Of a DNA stretch of 64,000 nt, positions 33,413 through 43,661 are shown piece after piece; the stretch's first letter is position 1, and each line of letters starts with the position of its first letter. The notes below the pieces were generated by a model, which was not told where the DNA came from, made no database searches, and worked only from the letters and a program-made list of their open reading frames with translations. Location: positions 10,984 through 74,983 of the forward strand of contig JAEUKH010000018.1 of assembly GCA_016792845.1 (NCBI GenBank). Reading direction: 5' to 3'. This DNA is from Myxococcales bacterium (GTDB taxonomy: Bacteria > Myxococcota_A > Polyangia > Polyangiales > Ga0077539). The translations under genes and the position numbers were made by a program.

Positions 33413-35719
33413 TCAGGCCCTCGGCCCCTCGGCTGCGCCGAGATCGATCACGCCGTCACCCCCGACGGTCACCCCGCGGTCACGCAGGGCGGGCTCCCGC
33501 GCGAGGAGCGCCGCCACCGGAGACACCACCCGGTCTTCGAGCACCCGCTTGAGCGGACGGGCCCCGCGGGTCGGGTGAAAGCCCTCTTCGGCGAGCTGGA
33601 GCCGCAGCGCGGGGGTCACCCTCAGGCTGAGGTTTCGCCGCACGAGGCCCGAGCGTTGGGCGGCCTTCGAGAGCTCGAGGTCGACGATCCGCAGCACGTC
33701 GTCGGGGCTGAGGTTGCGGAAGCTCACCACATGGTCGATGCGGTTGAAGAACTCAGGGCGAAAGTGCTGGCGCACGGCGCGGTCGAGCCCCGCGGCGGTG
33801 GCGTCGGCGTCGAAGCCCACGGGCCGCGTCTCGGTGACGCCGAGGTTCGAGGTCATCACCACCAGGGTCATGCGAAAGTCGACGACGCTGCCGAAGCTGT
33901 CGGTCATGCGCCCCTCGCCGAGCACCCCGAGGAGGAGGTCGAACACCTCAGGGTGGGCCTTCTCGACCTCGTCGAGGAGCACCAACGAGAGCGGCTGCTC
34001 GCGCACCCTTTGGGCGAGGCTGGTGACCCCGCTCCCCACCTCAAGGAGCCGCTGCGCCGACCCGGCGAACATGTACTCGCTCATGTCGAGCCGCACCATG
34101 CGCGCCTCGTTGCCGAACATGTACCGCGCGAGGGTGCGCGCGAGCTCGGTCTTGCCGACCCCCGTGGGGCCGACAAAGAGCAGCGTGCCGATGGGGCGCT
34201 CGGGGTCATCGAGGCCCGCTTTGAAGCGCGCGAGCACCCGGGCCGCCACCGCGCAGGCGTGGTCTTGACCGATCACGGCCCCCGAGAGCCGCGCGGCGAG
34301 GGCCGTCGCGCCCACCCGCGTCTCGTCGGCGATGAGCTCGACGGGCAGCCCGGTGTTGCGCGCGAACAGCTCTGACACGTCGCGGGGGTAGAGAGTCTTG
34401 GGCGCACGCACGCTCTGCCCGGGCGCGGGCGCGCCTTCTCCCGCGGCGAGCCAGTCGACAAAGCGCATCGCCTTCCCGGGGAAGGCCACGTCGCGCTGGA
34501 AGGTCGCGAGGTGATGAATGAGCCGCTTCATCGCCCCGGCGTGCAAGCTGAGATGCGGCGCCTTGCGCTGCTGGTAGCTCGCGAGGAGCACGGGCAGCTG
34601 GTACGCCGGCGGCGGCGTGAGCCTGAGCACCACCAAGGGCTCGACCAGCGAGGCGAAGCGACGGCGGCAGTGCTCGTACTCGGCCTCGGTGCACTCGGCG
34701 ATCACCGAGACCTCGCCGTCGCGGGCCGCGGGCAAGAGGATCTCTCCGAGCGAGGCGCCGTCGCTCTGCGGCTGGAGGAGCTTCACCAGCGCGTCGAGGT
34801 AGAGGTAATCGCCCTCGTGGCTGAGCTCGCTTAGCAGGTCGAAGCAGCGCTCTTGCCACATCCCGACGTAGGTCATGCCCGCGATGAGCCGCGTGGCGCT
34901 GGTGGCCCAAAGCCGCGGGGTGTGAGCCTCGCGGCCCTCGCGACGGCGGGCGAGGAGGCTCCGCGCGAGGCGCCGCACGAAGGTCGTCTTGCCGACGCCG
35001 CTCGGGCCCACCAAGAGCACCGACGGCGGCGGGCTGCGCGAGAGGAGCCCCAGCGCGTTGGTGAAGGCGTCGCTCTCGCCCACGACCCCCGGGAGCTTGT
35101 TGCGCGCCGCGCGCTCGACCCACTCGTCGGCGACCTGTGACAGCACCGGGAAGCGCCGCGCGGCGTCGAGGTCGTGGGCCTCGTCTTCGGTGGTGCCGGT
35201 GCCCCGCATCGACCAGCTCCTGACGTACTCATCGCCGACGTAGCGGAAGTCGTAGAGGGTCGAGGCCTGCTCGCCGAGGAGCGCCGACGACACCGCCGAT
35301 TGCAGCACCTCGGCCGCGATGTCGAGGCTCTCGATGACGAACCACCACCCGAAGCGCGGCAGCATCACGCGGTAGCCGCCCTTGCGCAGCGCGCACCACG
35401 CGTAGCTCATGCGAAGCGGGATCTCTTTGGCCCCGATCACCATGCGCTTGTTCGACACGCTCTGCGGAAACACCCGCAGCGACACCTGGCGGGTCTGGAA
35501 GTCTTCCTCCCACAGGTACCGCTCGACGTCGTCGTCGCCCACCGCGAGGGCTTGTTGCAGCGCCACTTCGAGCTGCCGCAGCACGTCGTCTTCGCTGGTG
35601 CCCACCGCGCTCGGCGGCGGGCGATCGAAGAACGCATCGAACTGCCGAATGAGCGTGCCGGTCAACAAACCCCTGGCGTGCGGCACGAAGTAAACGCGAA
35701 ACGAACGCTTGTCACCCAT
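33413..35719 (-). CDS. ClpA/ClpB-like double-ring AAA+ ATPase with a non-canonical 200-aa N-terminal domain
   Basis: 768 aa. D1 Walker A is LLVGPSGVGKTT. D2 has FVGPTGVGKTELARTLA, Walker B LVLLDEVEKAHPEVFDLLLGVL, and sensor-2 GARPLKRVLE. The N-terminal 200 aa have no Clp_N features. The next gene starts 3 nt after its stop. Confidence 0.7.
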   Translation of the reverse strand: MGDKRSFRVYFVPHARGLLTGTLIRQFDAFFDRPPPSAVGTSEDDVLRQLEVALQQALAVGDDDVERYLWEEDFQTRQVSLRVFPQSVSNKRMVIGAKEIPLRMSYAWCALRKGGYRVMLPRFGWWFVIESLDIAAEVLQSAVSSALLGEQASTLYDFRYVGDEYVRSWSMRGTGTTEDEAHDLDAARRFPVLSQVADEWVERAARNKLPGVVGESDAFTNALGLLSRSPPPSVLLVGPSGVGKTTFVRRLARSLLARRREGREAHTPRLWATSATRLIAGMTYVGMWQERCFDLLSELSHEGDYLYLDALVKLLQPQSDGASLGEILLPAARDGEVSVIAECTEAEYEHCRRRFASLVEPLVVLRLTPPPAYQLPVLLASYQQRKAPHLSLHAGAMKRLIHHLATFQRDVAFPGKAMRFVDWLAAGEGAPAPGQSVRAPKTLYPRDVSELFARNTGLPVELIADETRVGATALAARLSGAVIGQDHACAVAARVLARFKAGLDDPERPIGTLLFVGPTGVGKTELARTLARYMFGNEARMVRLDMSEYMFAGSAQRLLEVGSGVTSLAQRVREQPLSLVLLDEVEKAHPEVFDLLLGVLGEGRMTDSFGSVVDFRMTLVVMTSNLGVTETRPVGFDADATAAGLDRAVRQHFRPEFFNRIDHVVSFRNLSPDDVLRIVDLELSKAAQRSGLVRRNLSLRVTPALRLQLAEEGFHPTRGARPLKRVLEDRVVSPVAALLAREPALRDRGVTVGGDGVIDLGAAEGPRA

Positions 35720-35896
35720 CGCGAAGGCCCGCGAGTGTACGCGAAGCCCTCACCCGCGTCGCGTCGCGATCGCCGTAGGCCTCTCGCGACCCCGCGCATC
35801 GGCCCCTCGGCGACGCCGCGGCGGAGGGCCCAAATGCCACGCGGCCCATGAGAGACCCACGAGCCGCGGTGCGAGGGCGCGCCGAGAGGCTTCAGC

Positions 35897-37702
35897 TCAG
35901 GGCGACGAGCCCACGTTCTGGACGCACTCGATGAGGGCGCTGGCGCCGTTGTCGATGCTGGCCCCTTCGGTGAACGAGATGCGCTGGAGGCAGCTCGGCG
36001 CCGACGGGTCGACGGTGGTGTCGTAGTAGAAGCCCGCGCCCGCGGTGGGGCGGCCGCCGAGGGGGGCCGGCACCTGCTCGACGAGGCACTGCTCGTTGCC
36101 GTTGGCGTCGCGACCCGCAGGGCGACGGCCGCGGGCGGGGGTGCAGCGGTCGGCCGCGCGGAGGTTCGACGGCAAGGTCTCACGCACCACGCAGTTGACG
36201 CGCACCGGGGTGGTCGAGCCCATCGAGACGCAGCCCGCCGGAGTGCCCATGCCCGTACAGATCGGCGGCGTGGTCTGAAGCGGACGCGGCAGACACCGAC
36301 CCGAGAGCTGGTTCTGGATGCGCTCGACGATCTGCTGGAGGGCCGTCGAGTAGTCGCTGCGGCAGATCGAGCTGACGGTGCCGTTCTGGTAGCCCACGGC
36401 GAAGCGGCGGGCGACCTCGACGATGCGGCGCGAGGGCCACGCGAAGTACTGCGAGGTGGTGTCGCAGGCCGGGCGCGAGGGGTCGTACGAGGTGCCCTCG
36501 CGGCGACAGGCCGGCACCACGCGCATCGCGCAGGCGGGATCCATGTTGCGCTGGCGCATCGAGACGGGGCCCTCGGTGCTCATGCCCGTGAAGCCCTCAG
36601 AGCCGTTCGGGTTGGCGCCGAGCAGGGTGCCCCAGTCGATCTGGGTGGTGCCGCCCGAGGTGGTGCTCGGGAGGTTGATCGGCACGCCCAAGATGCCTGC
36701 GAAGATCACGAGGTTCGGCCGCCCAGGCTTGAGCGAGAGGAAGCCGCGCGTCGGGCGCATCGGGTCGATGTACCGGTTCAAGTTCCACGTGGGGTCTTGC
36801 CGCGTGCCGGGCTCGTACATGTAGAACCTGAGGTTCAGGTCGTTCGAGGCCCAGTCGCCCGAGCTGCTGTCGAAGACGCCGAGGGCGTCGCCGCGAGGCG
36901 CCCGGCAGTCGCCGTCGGGGTCGCCCTGCTCTTGGTAACGGCAGTCGCGCACCGAGCCGTCTTCTTCGTCAGACACGAGCACGATGGCGAGCACCGAGTC
37001 GTTGCGCACGAAGCCCGCGTTCGGGTCGGTGTTGCCGGCCTGCGCGCGGGGGTTGCGCACCACGAGGGCGCGGTACGCCGACTCGAGCTGCTGCTCAAGG
37101 CCGCAGCCGCCCGTCGACAAGAAGGCGTTGCACACGAAGTCTTCACGAAACGCCGCCGCGTCAGTCATCTGCGCGTCGAAGGTCAGGAAGTTCGGGTACT
37201 GGTTCAGGTTCATCGTGCAGCGGGCGGGGCGGATGCCCGCGGGCGCCGTCGTCCACGGTTGGTGCATGCGGATCGCGAGGCCGTTGCGCACGGGGTTCAA
37301 CAACCCGTCGTCGCCCGAATCGCTGTTCACACACGACGGCACCGTCGAGCCCGGAGTGCCGAGGTCTGAGCTGATCACACCGACGTGCATCGAGCGCACG
37401 GGCGTGTAGCGCGGCCGCATGGTGGCAGGGTCGACCGGCGGCGACACCAGCTGCGAGATCAGCACGTCGAACTGACGCGCGAGCTGCGCCTGGTTGTCAC
37501 GCATCGAGTTCGAGTTGTCGATTTCGAAGAGAATGTCGACCGAATCGACCGCGTTGTTGACCACCGGAAGGCGGACACCCGACTGCAGCTTCGGCTCAGG
37601 CGCCGACACCGGACGATCAAGACAGCCCGCCGTGAGCGCGCCCAACACGCCCACCGCCATCACGCTGCCAACCCAGAAGCGGAAGCCAACCCGCTGCGAC
37701 AT
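35897..37702 (-). CDS. secreted lipoprotein with von Willebrand factor A-like (MIDAS) domain
   Basis: Signal plus lipobox VLGALTAGC. DxSxS MIDAS motif in DILFEIDNSNSMRDNQ. Cys-rich C-terminal half. Confidence 0.6.
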   Translation of the reverse strand: MSQRVGFRFWVGSVMAVGVLGALTAGCLDRPVSAPEPKLQSGVRLPVVNNAVDSVDILFEIDNSNSMRDNQAQLARQFDVLISQLVSPPVDPATMRPRYTPVRSMHVGVISSDLGTPGSTVPSCVNSDSGDDGLLNPVRNGLAIRMHQPWTTAPAGIRPARCTMNLNQYPNFLTFDAQMTDAAAFREDFVCNAFLSTGGCGLEQQLESAYRALVVRNPRAQAGNTDPNAGFVRNDSVLAIVLVSDEEDGSVRDCRYQEQGDPDGDCRAPRGDALGVFDSSSGDWASNDLNLRFYMYEPGTRQDPTWNLNRYIDPMRPTRGFLSLKPGRPNLVIFAGILGVPINLPSTTSGGTTQIDWGTLLGANPNGSEGFTGMSTEGPVSMRQRNMDPACAMRVVPACRREGTSYDPSRPACDTTSQYFAWPSRRIVEVARRFAVGYQNGTVSSICRSDYSTALQQIVERIQNQLSGRCLPRPLQTTPPICTGMGTPAGCVSMGSTTPVRVNCVVRETLPSNLRAADRCTPARGRRPAGRDANGNEQCLVEQVPAPLGGRPTAGAGFYYDTTVDPSAPSCLQRISFTEGASIDNGASALIECVQNVGSSP

Positions 37703-37970
37703 AAACTACATCTCCTTCGAGACAGACAACGCTACGAAGCCGCGCGACGATACCGACTGTCACGCCCCGCAGCAATCCATTTGTCGCGCTCGCCGCACCA
37801 TCGCCCTGCACCCCGCGGGCCAGCGCCGACTCACCCCGGTTTCGTCGGCGTCACCGCCCAGAACCACGCGCCACGACCGCCAACCAAGTTGGCACTTGTC
37901 GAAACGGGGTTGTCACTGAAATTAGTTCACGCGGGGCGCGGAGCGGCCGTTATGCTTGGTGTTGAGAGCC

Positions 37971-39329
<1,359 letters not shown>

Positions 39330-39332
39330 GCG

Positions 39333-39845
39333 TCACCCGAGCGGCGTGAGGCTCACGAGCACCGCGTTGGCCTCGACGGTCTTGCCCGCGGCGACATGGA
39401 CCCGGCTCACCGTGGCGGCCGCGCGGGCGCGCACTTCGTTCTCCATCTTCATGGCCTCGACGATGACCACGGCCTGCCCCGCAGCGACCACGTCGCCCTC
39501 GTTGACGAGCACCTTGACCACCCGGCCCGGCATCGGAGAGCGCACCTCGCCTGCCCCGGCGCCGCTGTCTTTGCGCTGGGCCCGGGCGGCCATCCGCATG
39601 CGCTCGCTCTCGACCTCGATGTAGCTCCGATGGCCCGAGGCCACGACGCCGAGCTTCGGCGGCGCGCCCTCGATGGTGAGGTCGACCACCCGATCGCCGA
39701 CCCGCACCGAGAGCTGGTGGTCGTTGATGTTGACGGCGTCGAGGGCGACCGGGCGCCCGCCCACCGCAGCGGCCACCGAACCGTCGGGGCGGCGGGTGAT
39801 ATCAACTTCGTGCTCACGACCCGAGACCGTCACAAAATACCGCAT
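39333..39845 (-). CDS. biotin/lipoyl-attachment domain protein (BCCP-like)
   Basis: Start ATG 39845 (MRYFVTV...). The C-terminus ...AVVIVEAMKMENEVRA... has the EAMKM biotinylation motif. The upstream 285 codons of the six-frame ORF (to 40700) are antisense to the CPBP gene and are rejected. Confidence 0.6.
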   Translation of the reverse strand: MRYFVTVSGREHEVDITRRPDGSVAAAVGGRPVALDAVNINDHQLSVRVGDRVVDLTIEGAPPKLGVVASGHRSYIEVESERMRMAARAQRKDSGAGAGEVRSPMPGRVVKVLVNEGDVVAAGQAVVIVEAMKMENEVRARAAATVSRVHVAAGKTVEANAVLVSLTPLG

Positions 39846-39950
39846 TAGTACCTCTGTAGGGGGTGACGAAGCTACGAGAGCCCGAGCAAGTTTGGCAATG
39901 CCAGATGCGCGCCCCCGGCGCCCGTGGCACCTTCGCCCGAGGGTGACGCG

Positions 39951-40742
39951 ATGGCACACGAGCCCGAATCGAACCGTACGCCTCGCTTCTGGCGCGACCG
40001 CCAGGGGGTGATCATGCCTGAGCCCGTGAGGCGTTGGTTTTTGCCGCGCATCGACCCGCTGACGAACCTCTTTCTGGTCTTGCCGGTCTACCTCTTTTAC
40101 CAGCTCGGGGTGCTCTTCACGCTGCGGCGCGGGCCCTCGGGCGCGTACCAGTGGGTTGGCAACGGCGTCGATTTTCTCACCGGCACGCTCTTGTCGCTCT
40201 CGGGGGGCAGCCTCGCGGTGTACGCGGGCGTGACGTCGGCGGTAGGGGCGGCGCTCGGCGGGCTCACGCTTTGGGCGCGGCGGCGCTCGAAGCTGTCGCC
40301 GCGGCTGTTCATCCCGGTGGTGATCGAGAGCGGGGTGTATGCGCTCTTGATGGCCGCGGGCGTGGGGGCCCTGGTGTCTTCGCTGGGGCTCGGCGTGCTC
40401 GACGGGCTGAGCTTGCCGGCGCAGTGGGTCTCGTCGGCTGGGGCGGGGCTCCACGAGGAGCTGGTGTTTCGTCTCGGGCTCTTTCACGGGCTCGCGTACC
40501 TCGCGGTTCCGCGGCTCGGTCGTTGGGCGGGGTGGAGCCTGGCCCTCGTGGTCTCGGCCACGCTCTTTTCGGCGATGCATTACCTCGGCCCCTTGGGCGA
40601 CCGGCTCACCGTCGAGAGCTTCGTGTTTCGGCTGTTTCTCGGCATCGTGCTGAGCGGCGTGTACCGCTTCCGCGGCTTCGCCATCGCCGTGTGGACGCAC
40701 TTCCTCTACGACGTCTTGTACTTCAGCCTGCGCGCGAGCTGA
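39951..40742 (+). CDS. CPBP-family intramembrane metalloprotease (CAAX protease/bacteriocin-processing family)
   Basis: ATG 39951. Multiple TM helices. Motif 1 EELVFRLGLF, and a later FSAMHY...-type His motif and YRF..AIAVWTHFLYD. Confidence 0.65.
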   Translation: MAHEPESNRTPRFWRDRQGVIMPEPVRRWFLPRIDPLTNLFLVLPVYLFYQLGVLFTLRRGPSGAYQWVGNGVDFLTGTLLSLSGGSLAVYAGVTSAVGAALGGLTLWARRRSKLSPRLFIPVVIESGVYALLMAAGVGALVSSLGLGVLDGLSLPAQWVSSAGAGLHEELVFRLGLFHGLAYLAVPRLGRWAGWSLALVVSATLFSAMHYLGPLGDRLTVESFVFRLFLGIVLSGVYRFRGFAIAVWTHFLYDVLYFSLRAS

Positions 40743-40749
40743 GCGCGGC

Positions 40750-41865
40750 CTAGCGGGCGCTGCCGAAGCGCATGGGATAATCGACCTCGACCTCGCCCCC
40801 CTCAGGCTGCGGATACCGCCAGGTCGCGACTTGATTCTGGAGACAGGTCACGAGCTCAGGCACGCGCACGGTGTCGCTCATGACCCGGGTGCGACGCACG
40901 CGGCCGTCTTCGCCGATGCGCACCCGCATCACCACCACGCCGTTGACCTCGCGGTTGCGCGAAGCGCTCGAATAACAGCTCGAAATCTGCGGGCTGTAGT
41001 GGCGGTACACGTACGTGAAAGCCTGCGGATCCATGCGGCCCGTGGCGTCGGTCTCGTCGCCCATCGCGTAGCCGCCGCGGGAGGTGCGGGGCCCCCGCTC
41101 GGTGACGCCATTCTCGTCAGGCCCCGAGGGCGCGGGCGCGGCCCCGTTGGCCGCAGTGTTCGTGTTGGCCGCGGCGGCGGGTGCGGCCTGGCCGGGGTCT
41201 GGCGACGCGGGCGTCGCAGGGTTGTTGTTGGCCGCGGTCGGCGTCGCAGGGTTGCCGTTGGCCGCGGTGGGCGTCGCAGGGTTGCCGTTGGCCGCGGTGG
41301 GGCGCTGGGCGGCGGGCGCGGCGGCGCGTGGGGCTTGCGCGAGCGCGGCGCCATTGGGAGCCCGCGGGGGGTTGCCCACAGGGCGCCCGGAGGGTTCGAC
41401 TGGCGCAGGGCCGCCGCGCTCGACGGGGCCCGCGTCGACGGGCTCGACGGGGGCGGGCTGACCGATCAGGCCCACCGGGGTCACTGGCTCGCCCTCGGGC
41501 GTGTTGCCGCGAAAGGCGCGCACCGCCACGAGGGCGCCGAGGGCCGCGCACCCGAGGCCCACGCCGAGAAACATCGCGAGCAAGGTGCGCTTCGAAGGCC
41601 CGGTCATCGGGAGCTCGATGGCATCACCCGTCGAGAGGCCGAGGTCGAGCCTCGCAGAGCTCTGCCCCGAGAGCGAGGCGCGACGCGGAGAGGTCGCCCC
41701 CGCGGCGGTCACCCGGTCGGCAGGCGGCGCGCCCGAAGCCGCGCCCGACGCCCCGTGCCCTGTGGGCGGAGACGCCACCGGGGCCATGCTCTCGATGCGC
41801 ACGCCGCACTGGTTGCAGAAGCGCGCGCTGTCAACATTTTCGACCCCGCAAGCTGGGCAAAACAC
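40750..41865 (-). CDS. zinc-ribbon membrane protein with Pro/Ala-rich repeats and C-terminal TonB-C/AgmX-like domain
   Basis: N-terminus MFCPACGVENVDSARFCNQCG (zinc ribbon). TM segment LLAMFLGVGLGCAALGALVAV. Repeats TAANGNPATP x3. C-terminus ...VNGVVVMRVRIGEDGRVRRTRVMSDTV...LVTCLQNQVATWRYP... Confidence 0.55.
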   Translation of the reverse strand: MFCPACGVENVDSARFCNQCGVRIESMAPVASPPTGHGASGAASGAPPADRVTAAGATSPRRASLSGQSSARLDLGLSTGDAIELPMTGPSKRTLLAMFLGVGLGCAALGALVAVRAFRGNTPEGEPVTPVGLIGQPAPVEPVDAGPVERGGPAPVEPSGRPVGNPPRAPNGAALAQAPRAAAPAAQRPTAANGNPATPTAANGNPATPTAANNNPATPASPDPGQAAPAAAANTNTAANGAAPAPSGPDENGVTERGPRTSRGGYAMGDETDATGRMDPQAFTYVYRHYSPQISSCYSSASRNREVNGVVVMRVRIGEDGRVRRTRVMSDTVRVPELVTCLQNQVATWRYPQPEGGEVEVDYPMRFGSAR

Positions 41866-41952
41866 GACCTCGACGCTAGCCGAGGCCCCTCACCTTCGCA
41901 ACGATTGCCTCTTTCTTCTGCTTTTCTCTGCACTCCTGAAACACTACGCTTT

Positions 41953-42540
41953 ATGGAATCTCACTCCCGCGACGCGGGCTGGATCGAGGTGATCTGTGGG
42001 CCGATGTTCAGCGGCAAGACCGAGGAATTGATCCGTCGGTTGCGGCGCGCGGTGATCGCCCGACAGGCCGTTCAGGTCTTCAAGCCTGCGATCGACAAGC
42101 GGTATCACGACACCCGGGTGACCTCGCACAGCGCGCAGTCGGTCGAGGCCGTCGCGGTGGCCGACGTCGAGGCCCTGAAGCGCGCCGTCGGCGCCGGCAC
42201 CCGGGTGGTCGGCATCGACGAGGCGCAGTTCTTCGGAGCGGGCCTGGTCGAGGCGGTCCAGTCGCTCGCAGACAACGGCACCCGCGTGGTAATCGCGGGG
42301 CTCGACCAAGACTACCGCGGGCAGCCCTTCGACCCCATGCCCGCCCTCATGGCGGTGGCCGAACAGGTCACCAAGTGCCTCGCGGTGTGCGCCCAGTGTG
42401 GCGCCCTCGGGAGCCGCTCGTTCAGGCTCTCGGGCGGCGACGGGCGCGTTCAAGTCGGGGCCGCAGACAGCTACGAGGCCCGCTGCCGTCAGTGCTTTCA
42501 TCAAGGGATGCTCGAAGCCAGCCGCGGCCGCGTAGCCTGA
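41953..42540 (+). CDS. tdk: thymidine kinase
   Basis: ATG 41953. GWIEVICGPMFSGKTEELIRR (P-loop), VVGIDEAQFF, and a C-terminal zinc ribbon C..C...C.QC. About 195 aa. Confidence 0.8.
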   Translation: MESHSRDAGWIEVICGPMFSGKTEELIRRLRRAVIARQAVQVFKPAIDKRYHDTRVTSHSAQSVEAVAVADVEALKRAVGAGTRVVGIDEAQFFGAGLVEAVQSLADNGTRVVIAGLDQDYRGQPFDPMPALMAVAEQVTKCLAVCAQCGALGSRSFRLSGGDGRVQVGAADSYEARCRQCFHQGMLEASRGRVA

Positions 42541-42710
42541 CCCGCGCGCCCTTCAGACGGTCTGTGGAGCCCGCATCGGTCGCACGGGGCCACAGGCCGT
42601 CTCTCTTTGGGGCCGCGGGGTCAGCCTCGTCGTTCGCGGCCCAACGCAAAGCGCCCGCTGAGGCCCGCGCAGGGCTCAACGGGCGCGGCGAGGCAGCCCC
42701 GGGAGGGCGC

Positions 42711-43661
42711 TCAGCGCGGGCAGCTCATACCCGAAACACGAGAGTAACCGCGGGGTTGGCAGACCGCGTCGCGGGCGAAGGGCCCGTTCGAGGGGCAAGC
42801 CCGGCAGTCCATCGGGAAGTCTTGGCCGGGCGAGCACGTCGACTGATCGACCGGCGCGACGCCGTTGTTGCAGTCAGGGTTCGCCACCGCGCCCATCGCC
42901 GTCTCGGGCGCGTTGGCGTCAGCCGGGAAGCGCACGAGGCAGTGGCAGCACACGTTGACCGGGTGATCGTAATAGGGCGTCTGCACTTCGACGCCGCCGA
43001 GGGTGCGGCCGTAGGCGCGAAAGCGCACGATGAGCCGGCGGTCGTTCGAGGTGAAGCTCGGCACCGGGCACTCGTTGGTGACGCCCGTATTGTTGACCAC
43101 ACAGACCGGCGGCAAGGTGACCGTCTGGCCATCCACGGTGATCTGCGCGCCGTTGCGGAGTTGCGTCACCAACGCCGGCGGGATCGCCTCGAAGATGGTC
43201 ACCGCGGCCGACACCTGCCCGCCCACGCTGGCTGGGATGACCGTCGACTGCGGCACCCCGAAGGCCGACTGGTTGATGATCGGCCCATCGGGCGACTGGT
43301 CGTGCACCTCGACCTCGAAGCCGTCGATCTGCACGATGTTCGACTCGGTGCGGCCCGAGGTCTGGTCGGCCCGGGCCACGAGCTGGCTCTGGATCACCGC
43401 CGCGGTCTGGTACGAGTTCGACACGCTCAGGTCGAGACGCCCCTCGGTGATGCGCGTGCCGTTCTGGTCGAGCGGCACGGTGCAGAACGTCCCCATGGGG
43501 ACTTGCGCCACGATCGAGCGAATGAAGATCGACGGTGAGTCGTCTGCGCAGCCGCCCGACATGACCGCCACAGCGGCGGTTAGCAAGGCCGCGACCCGAT
43601 TGCCCTGCATCATCCTCGAAGCACCCATACGCTGTAGGATAATCCAGTCAGCGGGCATCAT
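42711..43661 (-). CDS. hypothetical secreted lipoprotein (Cys-rich C-terminus)
   Basis: Signal plus lipobox ...AALLTAAVAVMSGGCADD. Alternative starts lie at codons 12 and 17. Start/stop overlap with upstream aroKB. No family recognised. Confidence 0.45.
   Translation of the reverse strand: MMPADWIILQRMGASRMMQGNRVAALLTAAVAVMSGGCADDSPSIFIRSIVAQVPMGTFCTVPLDQNGTRITEGRLDLSVSNSYQTAAVIQSQLVARADQTSGRTESNIVQIDGFEVEVHDQSPDGPIINQSAFGVPQSTVIPASVGGQVSAAVTIFEAIPPALVTQLRNGAQITVDGQTVTLPPVCVVNNTGVTNECPVPSFTSNDRRLIVRFRAYGRTLGGVEVQTPYYDHPVNVCCHCLVRFPADANAPETAMGAVANPDCNNGVAPVDQSTCSPGQDFPMDCRACPSNGPFARDAVCQPRGYSRVSGMSCPR

Noticed and set aside
31899-33578. 559-aa + strand ORF beginning MPRDVSPDASGVSPDASG...
   Set aside because: It is a read-through translation of the tandem DNA repeats and then runs antisense to two well-supported - strand genes. 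The related small ORF at 31985..32224 is the same artefact.
37885-37905. TTGGCAC upstream of the second sigma-54 regulator as a -24 element
   Set aside because: No GC/TTGC element at the required +12 register: positions 12-15 read GAAA.
39846-40700. N-terminal 285 codons of ORF 39333..40700
   Set aside because: Antisense to the CPBP protease gene. Only the C-terminal 170 aa (a biotinyl domain with the EAMKM motif) look real.
40831-41952. N-terminal extension of the thymidine kinase ORF (40831..42540)
   Set aside because: Antisense to the zinc-ribbon membrane protein gene. tdk begins at ATG 41953 with the P-loop 10 aa later.
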